Source: Podarcis muralis
Lineage: Eukaryota
NCBI RefSeq assembly: GCF_964188315.1
Contig: NC_135669.1
Location: forward strand, 42,408,001 to 42,472,000
Length of the DNA stretch: 64,000 nucleotides
Direction of reading: 5' to 3'
Shown here: positions 34,926-45,821 of the stretch, in pieces
Numbering within the stretch: position 1 is the stretch's first letter
Layout of the letters: the number at the start of each line of letters is the position of its first letter
Notes under the pieces: generated by a model
What the model saw: the letters and a program-made list of their open reading frames with translations, nothing else
Told to the model about the DNA's origin: nothing
Database searches by the model: none
Translations under genes and position numbers: made by a program

Positions 34926-35819
34926 GCACCCCTCTCTATCGCTGGTATTATAAGAGTTCCAGGCTTGCTGGCCTGACAGAGAGATCGGGGGGGGGGGGTG
35001 ATTGGTGTCCACTTTCAGCCCCTGCTGCTTGTTGTTCCCCATCCACAAAGAAATGTAAAATTCAGGCAATGTCTTACATTGGTTGGACAGTCAAATCTAT
35101 TTGTTAGAAGCGATTGGTCATTGCAAAACTGCAACTGGGTTCAGCACTAGTCAATAAGGGCATCGGATCCTTATTTCCTGTAATTATGGTTTTGTCTGAT
35201 CTGTTAGAGCAAAAACAGAAACCTAATTTGTGGCATATTTATCCCTAACCACCGATAAACACTCATGGGCACCATAAAGATTCAGTCCAGTGTAGAAGTT
35301 TACTAGGTAGGTATAAAAGCATATTGGTAGCAAATATATACAGACATTCACCACTGGTCAAGGCAGGCTTAGAGTCCAACAAGAGTCCAAGACTCACTCT
35401 CTGCTTCTCTCACCGCAAGACGCAAGCAAAAGACTCGCAGCAAGTTACTACAAGTTACACAGAACCTTTGTTATCAGTGCATCCTGTCACACTGCGCATG
35501 CCAGTTCCCACAGAAAAGGTCCTTGCATAGACAAAAAAAATCTCAGCCTTCTGCTGCTTCTTGAAACTTCTTCTCTGTTCTTCTCTGTTTCTGGAACAAA
35601 TGATTCACACACAGAGAGAGAATATCCAACACCCCCTCTCATTTTTACAGAAACAGTGGGAACCATGACCATGTACAGAGCGCTTACACAGCATGCACTG
35701 CAAACCCCAACATTTAAACCAGTTGAGCATGTCTCTGAAAAATTAAGATTTGGTTACACACTGGCAACAGGGTTTGCTTCCTGGACTTCTACCACACCAA
35801 GAAATTGCTAAACTGAAGC

Positions 35820-36080
35820 ACCATACTATGATGATGATGATGATAATAATAATAAATTTATTAATTATATCCCGTCCATCTGGCCAGGCCTCCCCAGCCA
35901 CTCTGGGCGGCTTCCAACAAGATAAAGAACACAACAAAAGATCTAACATTACAAACTTCCCTAAACAGGGCTGCCTTCAGATGTCTTCTAAATGATGTCA
36001 GGTATTTGTTTATTTCCTTGACATCTGGTGGCAGGGTGTTCCACGGGGCAGGCACCACCACCAAGAAGGCCATCTGCCTT
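35820..36080 (-). mobile_element. L2-clade LINE 3' fragment
   Basis: Same 3' end as 14767. Confidence 0.8.
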
Positions 36081-36571
36081 CCAGACTCCCAGTCAGGCAA
36101 GTTGGACCAGTCACTACATACAAAGTAGCCCCCTCCAGGCTACTACAATACGAATACTTGCAAACCTTACTCAAGATTCTAACAGAGTAACATAATCTGG
36201 TCTACTCTATTAAGAAATATAAAGCAAACGTCCAATAATCAAAGTGATGCAGCTCAGAATCCACTGGCTCTGAGCTGTCCCCCTCAATCTTGACACCACT
36301 TGCTGAACACACAGTTTCAGGTTAGGGCACAGGTTAGTCCAGCAAATCTCTCCTCTAAATATTCTACACAGCATCAAAGGAGGGTGCGGGAACCTATGTT
36401 CATACGATCCTCCCCCTCGCCCCCCGCTCTTTTGGGGTTGCCATAAAATGCATGATTCATGTGGCAGTTGGGATTTAACATGCCTCCTTTCTCTCCCCCA
36501 AGCCAGAAGTAGCTTGTCTCAAGCTGGAAAATGCCTTCTAGCTCTCTTCCCCCTGCCCTTTTCTATTTAAG

Positions 36572-36650
36572 ATGGACCACCGACCCTTTCTGTTCCTGAG
36601 GAGGTTTCACTGGAGAATGGTGGCGTGATGGACATTGCGGTGACTTTAAG
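36572..36650 (+). CDS. CTNS: CTNS coding exon 2 (DGPPTLSVPEEVSLENGG...VTL)
   Basis: 79 bp; V.LENG motif of the cystinosin luminal domain; ag/gt. Confidence 0.88.
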
Positions 36651-36751
36651 GTGAACTCTCAGGGTTTCTGATCTCTGTCCTTGAAGGTTACAGGGTGGGA
36701 TGGTGGTGGTAAGAAATAACTGTGGTTTTCAGTTCCCTATTTGCCTAGTTA

Positions 36752-37104
36752 AGGGTTGCAGGGGGCGCTGTGGGTTAAACCACAGAGCCTAGGACTTGCC
36801 AATCAGAAGGTCGGCGGTTCGAATCCCCACGACGGGGGTGAGCTCCCGTTGCTTTGTCCCAGCTCCTGCCAACCTAGCAGTTTGAAAGCACGTCAAAGTG
36901 CAAGTAGATAAATAGGTACCGCTCCAGCAGGAAGGTAAACTGCGTTTCCGTGCACTGTTCTGGTTTGCCAGAAGTGGCTTAGTCATGCTGGCCACATGAC
37001 CCGGAAGCTGTACGCCAGCTCCCTCGGCCAGTAAAGCGAGATGAGCGCCGCAACCCCAGAGTCGGTCACGGCTGGACCTAATGGTCAGGGGTCCCTTTAC
37101 CTTT
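36752..37104 (+). mobile_element. Sauria SINE, subfamily B
   Basis: TSD tatttgcctagtta. Confidence 0.9.
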
Positions 37105-37335
37105 TATTTGCCTAGTTACATCACTTCTTCCTTTGCAAAATAGCCAGAATATAGCCTCTTCTTTCTTCCTCCAGGACAAAGGTCAACCCCCTAGAGATAA
37201 AATTCCCAGCTTCCTTAAAGACCTAGAGTTCCCAGGATTACCCTCGAGAGACTTATTTAACAGTCAGTCCCTCTTCCTGGAGAACTCTGGAACTGTAGCT
37301 CTGCGAGGAGAATAGAGGTCTCCTAACAACTCTCA

Positions 37336-37694
37336 CACGGGTGGCGCTGTGGGTAAAAGCCTCAGCGCCTAGGGCTTGCCGATTGAAAGGTCGGCAGTTC
37401 GAATCCCCGTGGCGGGGTGCGCTCCCGTTGTTCGGTCCCAGCGCCTGACAACCTAGCAGTTCGAAAGCACTCTTAAGTGCAAGTAGATAAATAGGTACCG
37501 CTTTATAGCGGGAAGGTAAACGGCGTTTCCGTGTGCGGCTCTGGCTCGCCAGATGCAGCTTATCACGCTGGCCACGTGACCCGGAAGTGTCTCCGGACAG
37601 CGCTGGCCCCCGGCCTCTTGAGTGAGATGGGCGCACAACCCTAGAGTCTGTCAAGACTGGCCCGTATGGGCAGGGGATACCTTTACCTTTACCT
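37336..37694 (+). mobile_element. Sauria SINE, subfamily A
   Basis: TSD taacaactctca. Confidence 0.9.
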
Positions 37695-37840
37695 TTTAAC
37701 AACTCTCAGCTTCTTGAACAAACTAGAGTCCCAGAATTCTTTGGGGGAAGCCATGAAAGTATAAAGTTGGTAATGCTCTTAGAAATGCTCTGCGGTTCTG
37801 CTAATGTCTCTCCTATTCCCCCCCCCCCCATCTTTTCCAG

Positions 37841-37928
37841 CACCCCGCTCAATCAGACGCTGGTGATCACGTTTAATGTTACATATTCATCCAGGGGAAA
37901 CGGCACCATCGTCGAGCTGCCTGATCAA
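37841..37928 (+). CDS. CTNS: CTNS coding exon 3 (TPLNQTLVITFNVT...IVELPDQ)
   Basis: PLNxTLVITF and ELPD motifs; N-glycosylation sequons; ag/gtaagt. Confidence 0.93.
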
Positions 37929-38427
37929 GTAAGTCCCGGAACGAACACCTGCCTTTGGGAAATTCCCGGGTTCCATCCCAGATAAGGGCTGGGAAAGATT
38001 CCTGTTTGAAGTCTGGGAGTACCACTGCCAGCCCACGTGAATCTGGCAAGGAGGCCTGGGGGCCGCTTTCCCTTGTGGGTGAGCTTCCGGGGGCCACTTG
38101 GCTGTGGTGGGTGGGACCAGCGGGGAAAAATAGGTGGACCCAACTGTGTACTGCAGGCTGCATTCCAACCGAGCCAGAGTCTAATATGTTGTTTATGTAC
38201 ACCAACCCATATCCCTGTGCAGGCAAGCAAGAGGCATCCATGCAATTCAGTTGAGCAGGGCAGTGCAGCATTAGAGTTGCACATGTGTCATGTGTTCCTA
38301 TGTGCACAGCCCTCTCTGTCCAGGTGTTATCAAGAGGTCAAGGCAAAAGCGCTTGAGGAAGACATAGAGCATGTCCAGTGAGGGGTGTGTGGCGCAGGGG
38401 AGTCCCAAGGGCCAGGCAGAGTGCCCT

Positions 38428-38428
38428 G

Positions 38429-38483
<55 letters not shown>

Positions 38484-39110
38484 TTTTATTTATACCCCGC
38501 CCTCCCCAGCCAAGGCCGGGCTCAGAGCGGCTTACAAGCAATAATGAAAACAAGTTGAATGATTACAACTTAAAAACAAAATTAAAATACAGCATTAAAA
38601 CATTAAAACATTAAAACATTAAAATGTAGCCTCATGGCAGGAGGAGAAGGAAAAGAAAAAAGAAAGAGAGGGAGGGAATCAAATTGGCTCCAAGCCAAAG
38701 GCCAGGCGGAACAACTCTGTCTTACAGGCCCTGCGGAATAGTTAGTTATTTGTTTATTAAATTTGAAGATCACAGGGCAATTCGCAACATATAAATACAA
38801 AATGAGAACACAAAATACATAAGAAAAACAAGAACAGACCAGAACCCCCTCCCACAAACACATTTAAAAGGATATAGAATATTAATTAGCCAAAGGTCTA
38901 GGAGAAGAGGAATGTTTTTGCCTGGCACTTAAAGATATATAACGAAAGGCACTAGGCGGGCCTCCCCGGGGAGAGCAACCCACAAACTGGGAGCCACCAC
39001 AAAAAAGGCCCTGTTCTCACATTGCCGTCCTCCAGACCTGTCAGGAAGAAGGGCCTCAGAGCTTGATCGCAGGGTCTGGGTCGGTTCATATGGGGAGAGG
39101 TGGTCCTTGG
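38428..39110 (-). mobile_element. L2-like 3' ends with (ATT)n tail
   Basis: ataccccgccctccccagcc...agagcggcttaca after an (aat)n run; second fragment at 38880-39110. Confidence 0.55.
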
Positions 39111-39148
39111 GGAAGAAAGCGACTTCCGTTGTCTCCGTGCCTTAACAG

Positions 39149-39252
39149 GTAATCGTAACGACAGGCGTAAAGAAGGTGAGCTTCCTAGTGAGAGCAAAAG
39201 AAGTCGGGCAGCTGACGGTGTATCTTCAGTCCAACTCGTCCAACCAAACAGG
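39149..39252 (+). CDS. CTNS: CTNS coding exon 4 (VIVTTGVKKVSFLV...VGQLTVYL..NQTG)
   Basis: VGQLTVYL and NQTG motifs; 104 bp. Confidence 0.93.
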
Positions 39253-40083
39253 GTAAGCAGTTGAGTCAAACTTTAGTGTTTTTCTATCCTTGTTACCAGA
39301 GCCATAATGCTCCTTGGAACAATTTCGGGATTTTTAAAAATTTCTTAAACTTGGCCTCCCTTCCCACTGAGGACCAGAAATTTTCCGTTCCTACCTAATT
39401 GTTTTATGTTATGGCTTGTGAGGCAATTCTGGCCAAACCATGCCCACCTGCCCTACAGCTGACTTTGTGCCTGCCTCGCAGGGTTGTTGTGAAGAAAAAT
39501 TGTAGAGGAGGGTGAGGCATTCACACCAATTTGAGCTCTTTGGGGGAAAGGTGGGATATACAAAATGCCAGAATGCAGTGATATAATATTGTATCATAAC
39601 ATTTATATACTGCTTGGCTGACAAAAAACAAACCTCAAAACAGTTCGCGAAAAGACTAAAACCATGAAGTCATAAGTAAAAACATTAAGAGCAAAAATTC
39701 AAAATTAAAATCGAGGGTAACCTAAAGGCCAAATTAAGAACACATTTTTTTTGTCTGCCTGAACAGAATTATTTTTAGGAGGCAGAGTAAATTGGGAGAT
39801 GCTTGCTAGTATGGAAATCTGCTTTAAAAAAACCCCAAACAGATGTTTATCCCAGACAGTGCTCCGTTTGAGGCTGCCCCCTCTGTCCTAGGTTTGGCAG
39901 GCCCCTCCCAAGAGAAACCTATGGGGGCCTCCTCTTCCCTGTCTTTGAAATGGACTTCCATCCCACTGGCTCCAGGGTGAGCCTCCTTGAGCCCGATGGC
40001 TTTTAAATACCAGAGTTGATCCGTATAATGGATTGTGCTGTGAGCTTCCCTTTGGTGACCTGCTGCCCCTGCCTCTTCTGCAG

Positions 40084-40215
40084 GCCCAGAATCCGCTTCC
40101 TCGTGATCCACAGCAATGCAGTGAGGATCGTGGACCAGGTGATTGGCTGGATCTACTTTCTGGCTTGGTCAGTCTCCTTTTACCCTCAGGTGTTTGAGAA
40201 CTGGAGACGGAAAAG
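40084..40215 (+). CDS. CTNS: CTNS coding exon 5 (PRIRFLV...[24 protein letters not shown]), first PQ loop
   Basis: FYPQ PQ-loop motif; 132 bp. Confidence 0.97.
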
Positions 40216-41449
40216 GTAAAAAGGAAGCAGAGGGGTCTTGCTTTTGGGGTGCCCATGATACATTTATCAGATTTCCAAAAGGCTGGGGACCCTGTGCATA
40301 AGCTAAAATACAATTCCCACTCCCTTCTAGCTACCACTAGAGGGAGATCGCATATAGAAAAACAACTTTTATTTTTTGCTGTACAGACTTGCTTGTTCCT
40401 CCTTTGTCCCGTTTTCTCCTGGACACAGCAACTTTTGCCTCCCTTGGAAGGATCAGCCCCACAGCCACTGTGTCCCCCTCTCAGCTTCTCCTCTGGCCTC
40501 TGACTTTACAGCGGACCCCTCTTGCAGGCTTCATTCAGTCTTAAAATCTCTGCAGTCCTGAGGTCTAGGAACTTGACATTCTAGCATTGGTTGAGCAGAC
40601 AGGCAAGTTCAGAGTTGGCTGTCGCTGTGAGACGATGCACAGCTCCTGGAAGTTAGCCGATGGCATTTTCCCTGTTGGGCCAAAAGACTGCCTACCAATG
40701 TGTACATTTGAGTAACCTTTTGATTGATCTGAAAGGCCACCTCTTGCCCTACAGACCCTCTCAGGTGTTGAAATTGGGGAAAGGGGGGTCCCTCTTGCTT
40801 GTTCCACCACCCTCAGAAGCTCAGGCAGCAGTCCAGAACATTCTCTCTGGAGGCCCCAAAGTCAAATAACTCCCTCCCTATTGAGGTGGCTGACACCTTC
40901 AAGATAGTTTCTGGCCAATGCAGAAGGCTCCTCTTTACTCTGGCCGTTGTCACCTGAGATGCATATGGTTTTAGTGCCCACCCTGTTGCTGAGATTGTAA
41001 GTTGTTCAAAACAGTCCCTTGATCCTGTATTTTAAATTGTTTTTACCCACCCGTTCTGGGTCCTTAGAGTGAAGGGTAGGTAACAAATTTAAAATACTAA
41101 GTAGCAATAATTTTCTTTCTTTTTTTAATTTTTAATTTATACTTTTCCGATTTAGACATTTCACTGATTTTACAATCATTCTGACATTTCAAAACTTGAC
41201 TTTCTTCCCCCACTTTCTGCGGTTCTTTAAATTTACTTTTAATACCTTCGGCATATCCAAATTAACTAAATTTATTCATTTACTCATCTTGTTTAAATAT
41301 ATACTCTTATGAAACTGCCAATGTTTTTATCTGTTACAATTTATTCAATAAACCATTTCCATTCTTTTATAAAAATGTTGTCTTGATTTCTTATTCAAGA
41401 AATCAAGTCGTAATAATTTTCTGGGTTTTTATCCCCTGTCGCCTTCCAG

Positions 41450-41549
41450 TGTCGTGGGACTCAGTTTTGACTTCATCGCCCTGAACCTTACCGGCTTCAT
41501 TGCCTACTCGGTCTTCAACGTTGGCCTCTTCTGGGTCAAATCTGTGAAG
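41450..41549 (+). CDS. CTNS: CTNS coding exon 6 ([33 protein letters not shown])
   Basis: GLSFDF motif; 100 bp. Confidence 0.96.
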
Positions 41550-41638
41550 GTAGGTGGGAACCCCTCTCGTCCCTTCCATTGGGGCTTGGCCATTGCCTCA
41601 TATTCCCAGTTCTGACCAGCAGCCGCCTGCCTCCTTAG

Positions 41639-41758
41639 GAGCAGTTCCTGCGCTCCTATCCCAATGGTGTGAACCCGGTGGACAGCAACGACGTCTTCTT
41701 CAGCCTCCACGCTGTCGCTGTGACTCTCCTCATCATCTTCCAGTGCCTGATCTACGAG
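41639..41758 (+). CDS. CTNS: CTNS coding exon 7 ([25 protein letters not shown]...LIYE)
   Basis: [17 protein letters not shown] motif; 120 bp. Confidence 0.97.
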
Positions 41759-41899
41759 GTGAGCTTGGACCCTTCAGATCGCTCTCTCGGAAGCTCTTTT
41801 GAAGGTTAAGATCGTACACCTGCGCCTTTTCTGACTGCCGGCATGCCATCTATATTGGTTTAACTCAAAGGAAAAGCTTTTTCACTTTAGAAACCCTTT

Positions 41900-42290
41900 A
41901 GAAACATAGGTAGCCTTATAGAGTTGGATCATTGGCCCATCTAGCACATTGCCTGCACTGGCTGGCAGCAGCTCTTCTAGGGTTTCAGGCAGGGGTCTCT
42001 TCTGGCCCTCCCTGCCTCGGATCGAACCTGCACCTTCTGTGGGCTCTACCACTGAGCCACAGCCCCCTTCCTCCCGCCCAAAATAAAGCAGGATGCTAGT
42101 CCTCATGGTTCCGACTTAAGAGCAGATTTAAAGAGGAATGCAAGAAAGTGACTTAGGGTTGAGTGAGACCATCTAGCTCCGTGTCTACACTGACTGGCAG
42201 CAGCTCCCTAGGGTTTCATATGGGGGCTTGAATCTCGGACCTCCTGCCTGCACAGCAGATGCTCTAACCACTGAGCCAGGACCCAAAGAA
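41900..42290 (-). mobile_element. tRNA-SINE dimer with the same linker
   Basis: gatgctagtcctcatggttccgactt at about 42092-42118. Confidence 0.7.
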
Positions 42291-42369
42291 ACCCTCTACC
42301 CAACGTGCCAACTCCTGGTTCTGCATATCTCATTTGTAAGTTGTTTATGCTGATGATCTGGCCTTTCAG

Positions 42370-42540
42370 AGAGGGACCCAGAAGGTCTCCTGGGTGGCCG
42401 TTGGCTTGCTCGTCTTCGCCTGGCTCTTCGCCTTCACCACCTTGTCCGTGGCTGCTGCCGGGAAGATCACGTGGCTGGCCTTCCTCTTCTACTTCTCCTA
42501 CATCAAGCTGGGCGTCACCCTTGTCAAATACTTCCCACAG
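42370..42540 (+). CDS. CTNS: CTNS coding exon 8 (RGTQKVSW...[15 protein letters not shown])
   Basis: KYFPQ second PQ loop / lysosomal YFPQA motif; 171 bp. Confidence 0.97.
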
Positions 42541-42863
42541 GTAAGTGGGGATGGACGGACCCATTCTGAGTTTCATGGCTGGGCTTCGCCTCTGTCTGTC
42601 ATCAAGCCTCTGCCTCCTTTCTTAATTTCCATACCAAACAGTATTATGAAAGTACAGTGCAGGCAGCAATTGCTTTAGGCGTGTCCCATATGCGTGTGAC
42701 CGTGCGTACACGCCAGACCTGGAAGTGACCCCAAAACACCACAAAAAGGGACAGAGGGGGTGTTTGCAGGCTTTTTCAATGGGTGTCCCAATAATATGCA
42801 ATTTCACGCAAGCACACAGTGACCCAGAATGCAGCCCCTGCGCAAACAAAGGAGTCGCCTGTA

Positions 42864-43065
42864 CAGTGGTACCTCAGGTTACGGACGCTTCAGGTTACAG
42901 ACTCTTGCTAACCCAGAAATAGTACCTCGGGTTAAGAACTTTGCTTCAAGATGAGAACAGAAATCACGTGGCAGTAGCAGCGGGAGGCCCCATTAGCTAA
43001 AGTGGTACCTCAGGTTAAGAACGGACCTCCGGAACAAATTAAGTTCTTAACCCGAGGTACCACTG
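42864..43065. mobile_element. Tigger-like MITE (cagtggtacctc family), reverse orientation
   Basis: TIRs with TA flanks. Confidence 0.85.
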
Positions 43066-43582
43066 TAATGCTGATTAGGGTATAAATATAAACATGACTA
43101 TCCCCTCCCCACAAACAGAATTCAGATGACACAATATAGGATTAATAATCCTATATTTTAACCTGTATTTTAAATTGGTCCCCCCCCCTTATGTTTTTAC
43201 TGTGATTTTATTGGTGTTAGCTGCCCTGAGCCCGGTTCTGGTTGGGGAGGGCGGGGTATAATTTTTTTATTATTATTAATAATTAACATAATCATCTGAT
43301 ATACAATGATATAAATTACTACTTTTTCCTTTACAGCGTTCGTGGTTTTCTATAGCCTGACATCAAAACAAATAACGCCATTTAACTAGATCCACGTGTC
43401 ATTTTCCTTAATTCATTCAGTCGGTCCCATTTTCCCACACCATTTTGTATGTAGTTGGGCCTGATCTACCAGAAAACCAGTGCCAGCCTACCAAAAACAC
43501 GTCTTTTGAAGCTTGGGAGACCATCTTCCTTCCCAGTGGGAGTTCCCTTGCCCTGATGCCTTCTCCCTTCTCCCTTCTCTAG

Positions 43583-43700
43583 GCTTACCTGAATTTCCGC
43601 CGCAAGAGCACCGAGGGCTGGAGCATCGGAAATGTTTTGCTGGACTTCACGGGAGGCACCTTCAGCCTCCTTCAGATGTTCTTGCAGTCTTACAACAATG
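43583..43700 (+). CDS. CTNS: CTNS coding exon 9 ([25 protein letters not shown]...QSYNN)
   Basis: [18 protein letters not shown] motif; 118 bp. Confidence 0.97.
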
Positions 43701-43779
43701 GTAATTATTATTTTTATTGATAAATTTATTAGCAGCCGCCTTTTCAACGCAGCAACTCAGAGACTTAAAAAAAAAAAAA

Positions 43780-44280
43780 CCTACTGTACATACATACGTT
43801 AAAACCAGTGGGGGAATACAATAAAACATCCCACCCCATCAAAAAAGCCATGGACAGTTCAAAGGGGCTGGTTAGAAAGGAATGCCTGTCACGTGACACC
43901 TGAAGAGGGCACCATGTGAGCCTTTTTGGGGAGAGCATGCCACATACGGGGAGCCACCATTGAAAAGGCCCTGTTCTCGTGTTACCGCCCTCAGGACCTC
44001 TTCCAGAGGAGGCACACAAAGGAGAGCCTCAGAATGATGATCACAGATTCATATGAAAGGAGGCGATCCTTGAGGTATTGCTGTCCTGAGCTATTTAAGG
44101 CTTTATATGTCAAAGCCAGGACTTTGAATTGGGCCTGGAAACTAATTGGCGGATAGTGCAGTTGGGCCAGGATGGCATTATATTCTCAAACTGTCTTGCC
44201 CCTGTGTGCAACCTGGCTGCTGAATTTCTGGACCATCAGCCCCACATATGATGTGTTACAGTAATCTAACCTAGAGCTAA
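43780..44280 (-). mobile_element. Older L2-like LINE fragment
   Basis: Degenerate similarity to the L2 3' region (aaaggccctgttctc; gtcaaagccaggactttgaattgggcctggaaac). Confidence 0.55.
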
Positions 44281-45304
44281 GCAAGCTTGATCAAGCCAGA
44301 GGTTTGTCCTCCACAGTTCTGTTTTTTTTCTGATACTGACCTTTCACAAGAATCTAAAGATGGGCAAGGAGGTGGGAGATGATCTTCCTCATATGCTGCT
44401 GTACGCAGAGCATGAGTGGGGGAGCAACCTGTGGTCCTCCAGATATTGCTGGCCCCTATCACCCATGCTAGGTGAAGCTGATGAAAATATTGGTATTTAC
44501 TTTTTGCCATCTTTTTTTTTTTTTTTGAATGATTGTCGCATTTATTATTATACTAATATGCTGTTCACTTTGGGGGGCTGTCTTTGGGCCAAGAAGCAGT
44601 GAATAAACGAACCCTTAAAAACCCCGTAATCCTTTTCCATTCTTGAAACTTCTGCACTGGGTTTAGTCTTCCTCTAAAGCGGCAGAGCCCTGTCTGACCC
44701 TCTCATTCCCTTGCATGTATACACTAGGCCTAAGCTACTGCCCACTGCCCCATCCTGTCAGGGTGAATTCATACTGTGATGTCCCCCCTCTCTTTTTTAT
44801 AAAAACCCAATTATCTGCTTAAGCAGCTTGGGGCAGAAATCCTTTTTCTTTCCGTTGCACTCCTTTTAAGACATTTGTAACAGGGATGGGACATTCCAGG
44901 CACCACATACCATTGATGGTGTGGGGCACAGGGACAAAAGTGGGCAGTCCCAGGTGTGTTGCCTTTTGCACAGAACACTGCAATCCAGCCCCACAAGTCT
45001 GCAGTTTATAGAAACAGGCGCCCTGCCATCTAAGCAAACAAGTCCTCCTCCTCCTTTGGCCCATTCTGCCTAGGCAAAAGTGCTTCAGCAGAGGGGTGGA
45101 GCAGGGCTGCCTGAAGAGTGCCTTGGGGAAGAGTCCCTGGTGGCTAGACAGAGCTCTAGACTGCATTGGCCTGGAGTTTCCCCTACTCTGCTTTTAGAAA
45201 CCACAAAATATGATTGGGTTTGGGGGGGAGATGTGTGTGTGAATCTGTCAAGGGATGCCTTGTGTGAAGATGCAGGCTATTTTTATTCTTTGCCCTTTCA
45301 ATTA

Positions 45305-45505
45305 TTATTATTCGCCCTCCCATCAGATGTCAAGGAAATAAACAACTATCTGACTTTTAGAAGACATCTGAAGGCAGCCGTTTAGGGATGTTTTTAATGT
45401 TTGATGTTTTATCACTTTTTTATTATTAATTTTCTGTGGGGAGCCGCCCAGAGTGGCTGGGGAAACCCAGCCAGATGGGCGGGGTATAAATGAATTATTA
45501 TTAAT
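45305..45505 (+). mobile_element. L2-clade LINE 3' fragment
   Basis: ALPSDVKEINNYLTFRRHLKA..agccgcccagagtggctggggaaacccagccagatgggcggggtataaat. Confidence 0.8.
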
Positions 45506-45690
45506 TATACATTTTGGTATATCAGCTTTTCATTGTATGACCCCCAAGTTTCAGCTTCAGGTGGACAGGAGGGGTACAAATTTGGATAAGCTTTCGTGTC
45601 CCTTCCTCTTCTATCCTTTAATCTTTTCTCAACTTACTCTGTCGCTGATACACAATCTGTATTGTGTTCCTTCCCTGCTTTGCTTTTCAG

Positions 45691-45821
45691 ATGAATGGCG
45701 GCTGGTTTTTGGGGACCCCACCAAGTTTGGGCTGGGAATCTTCTCCATCATCTTTGACATTGTGTTCATCGTCCAGCATTACTGCTTGTACCGTCCCCAA
45801 GAATACGAGACTTTTGAGTAA
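45691..45821 (+). CDS. CTNS: CTNS last coding exon ([16 protein letters not shown]...[15 protein letters not shown])
   Basis: [10 protein letters not shown] motif; spliced CDS totals 1107 bp = 368 aa plus stop. Confidence 0.97.
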
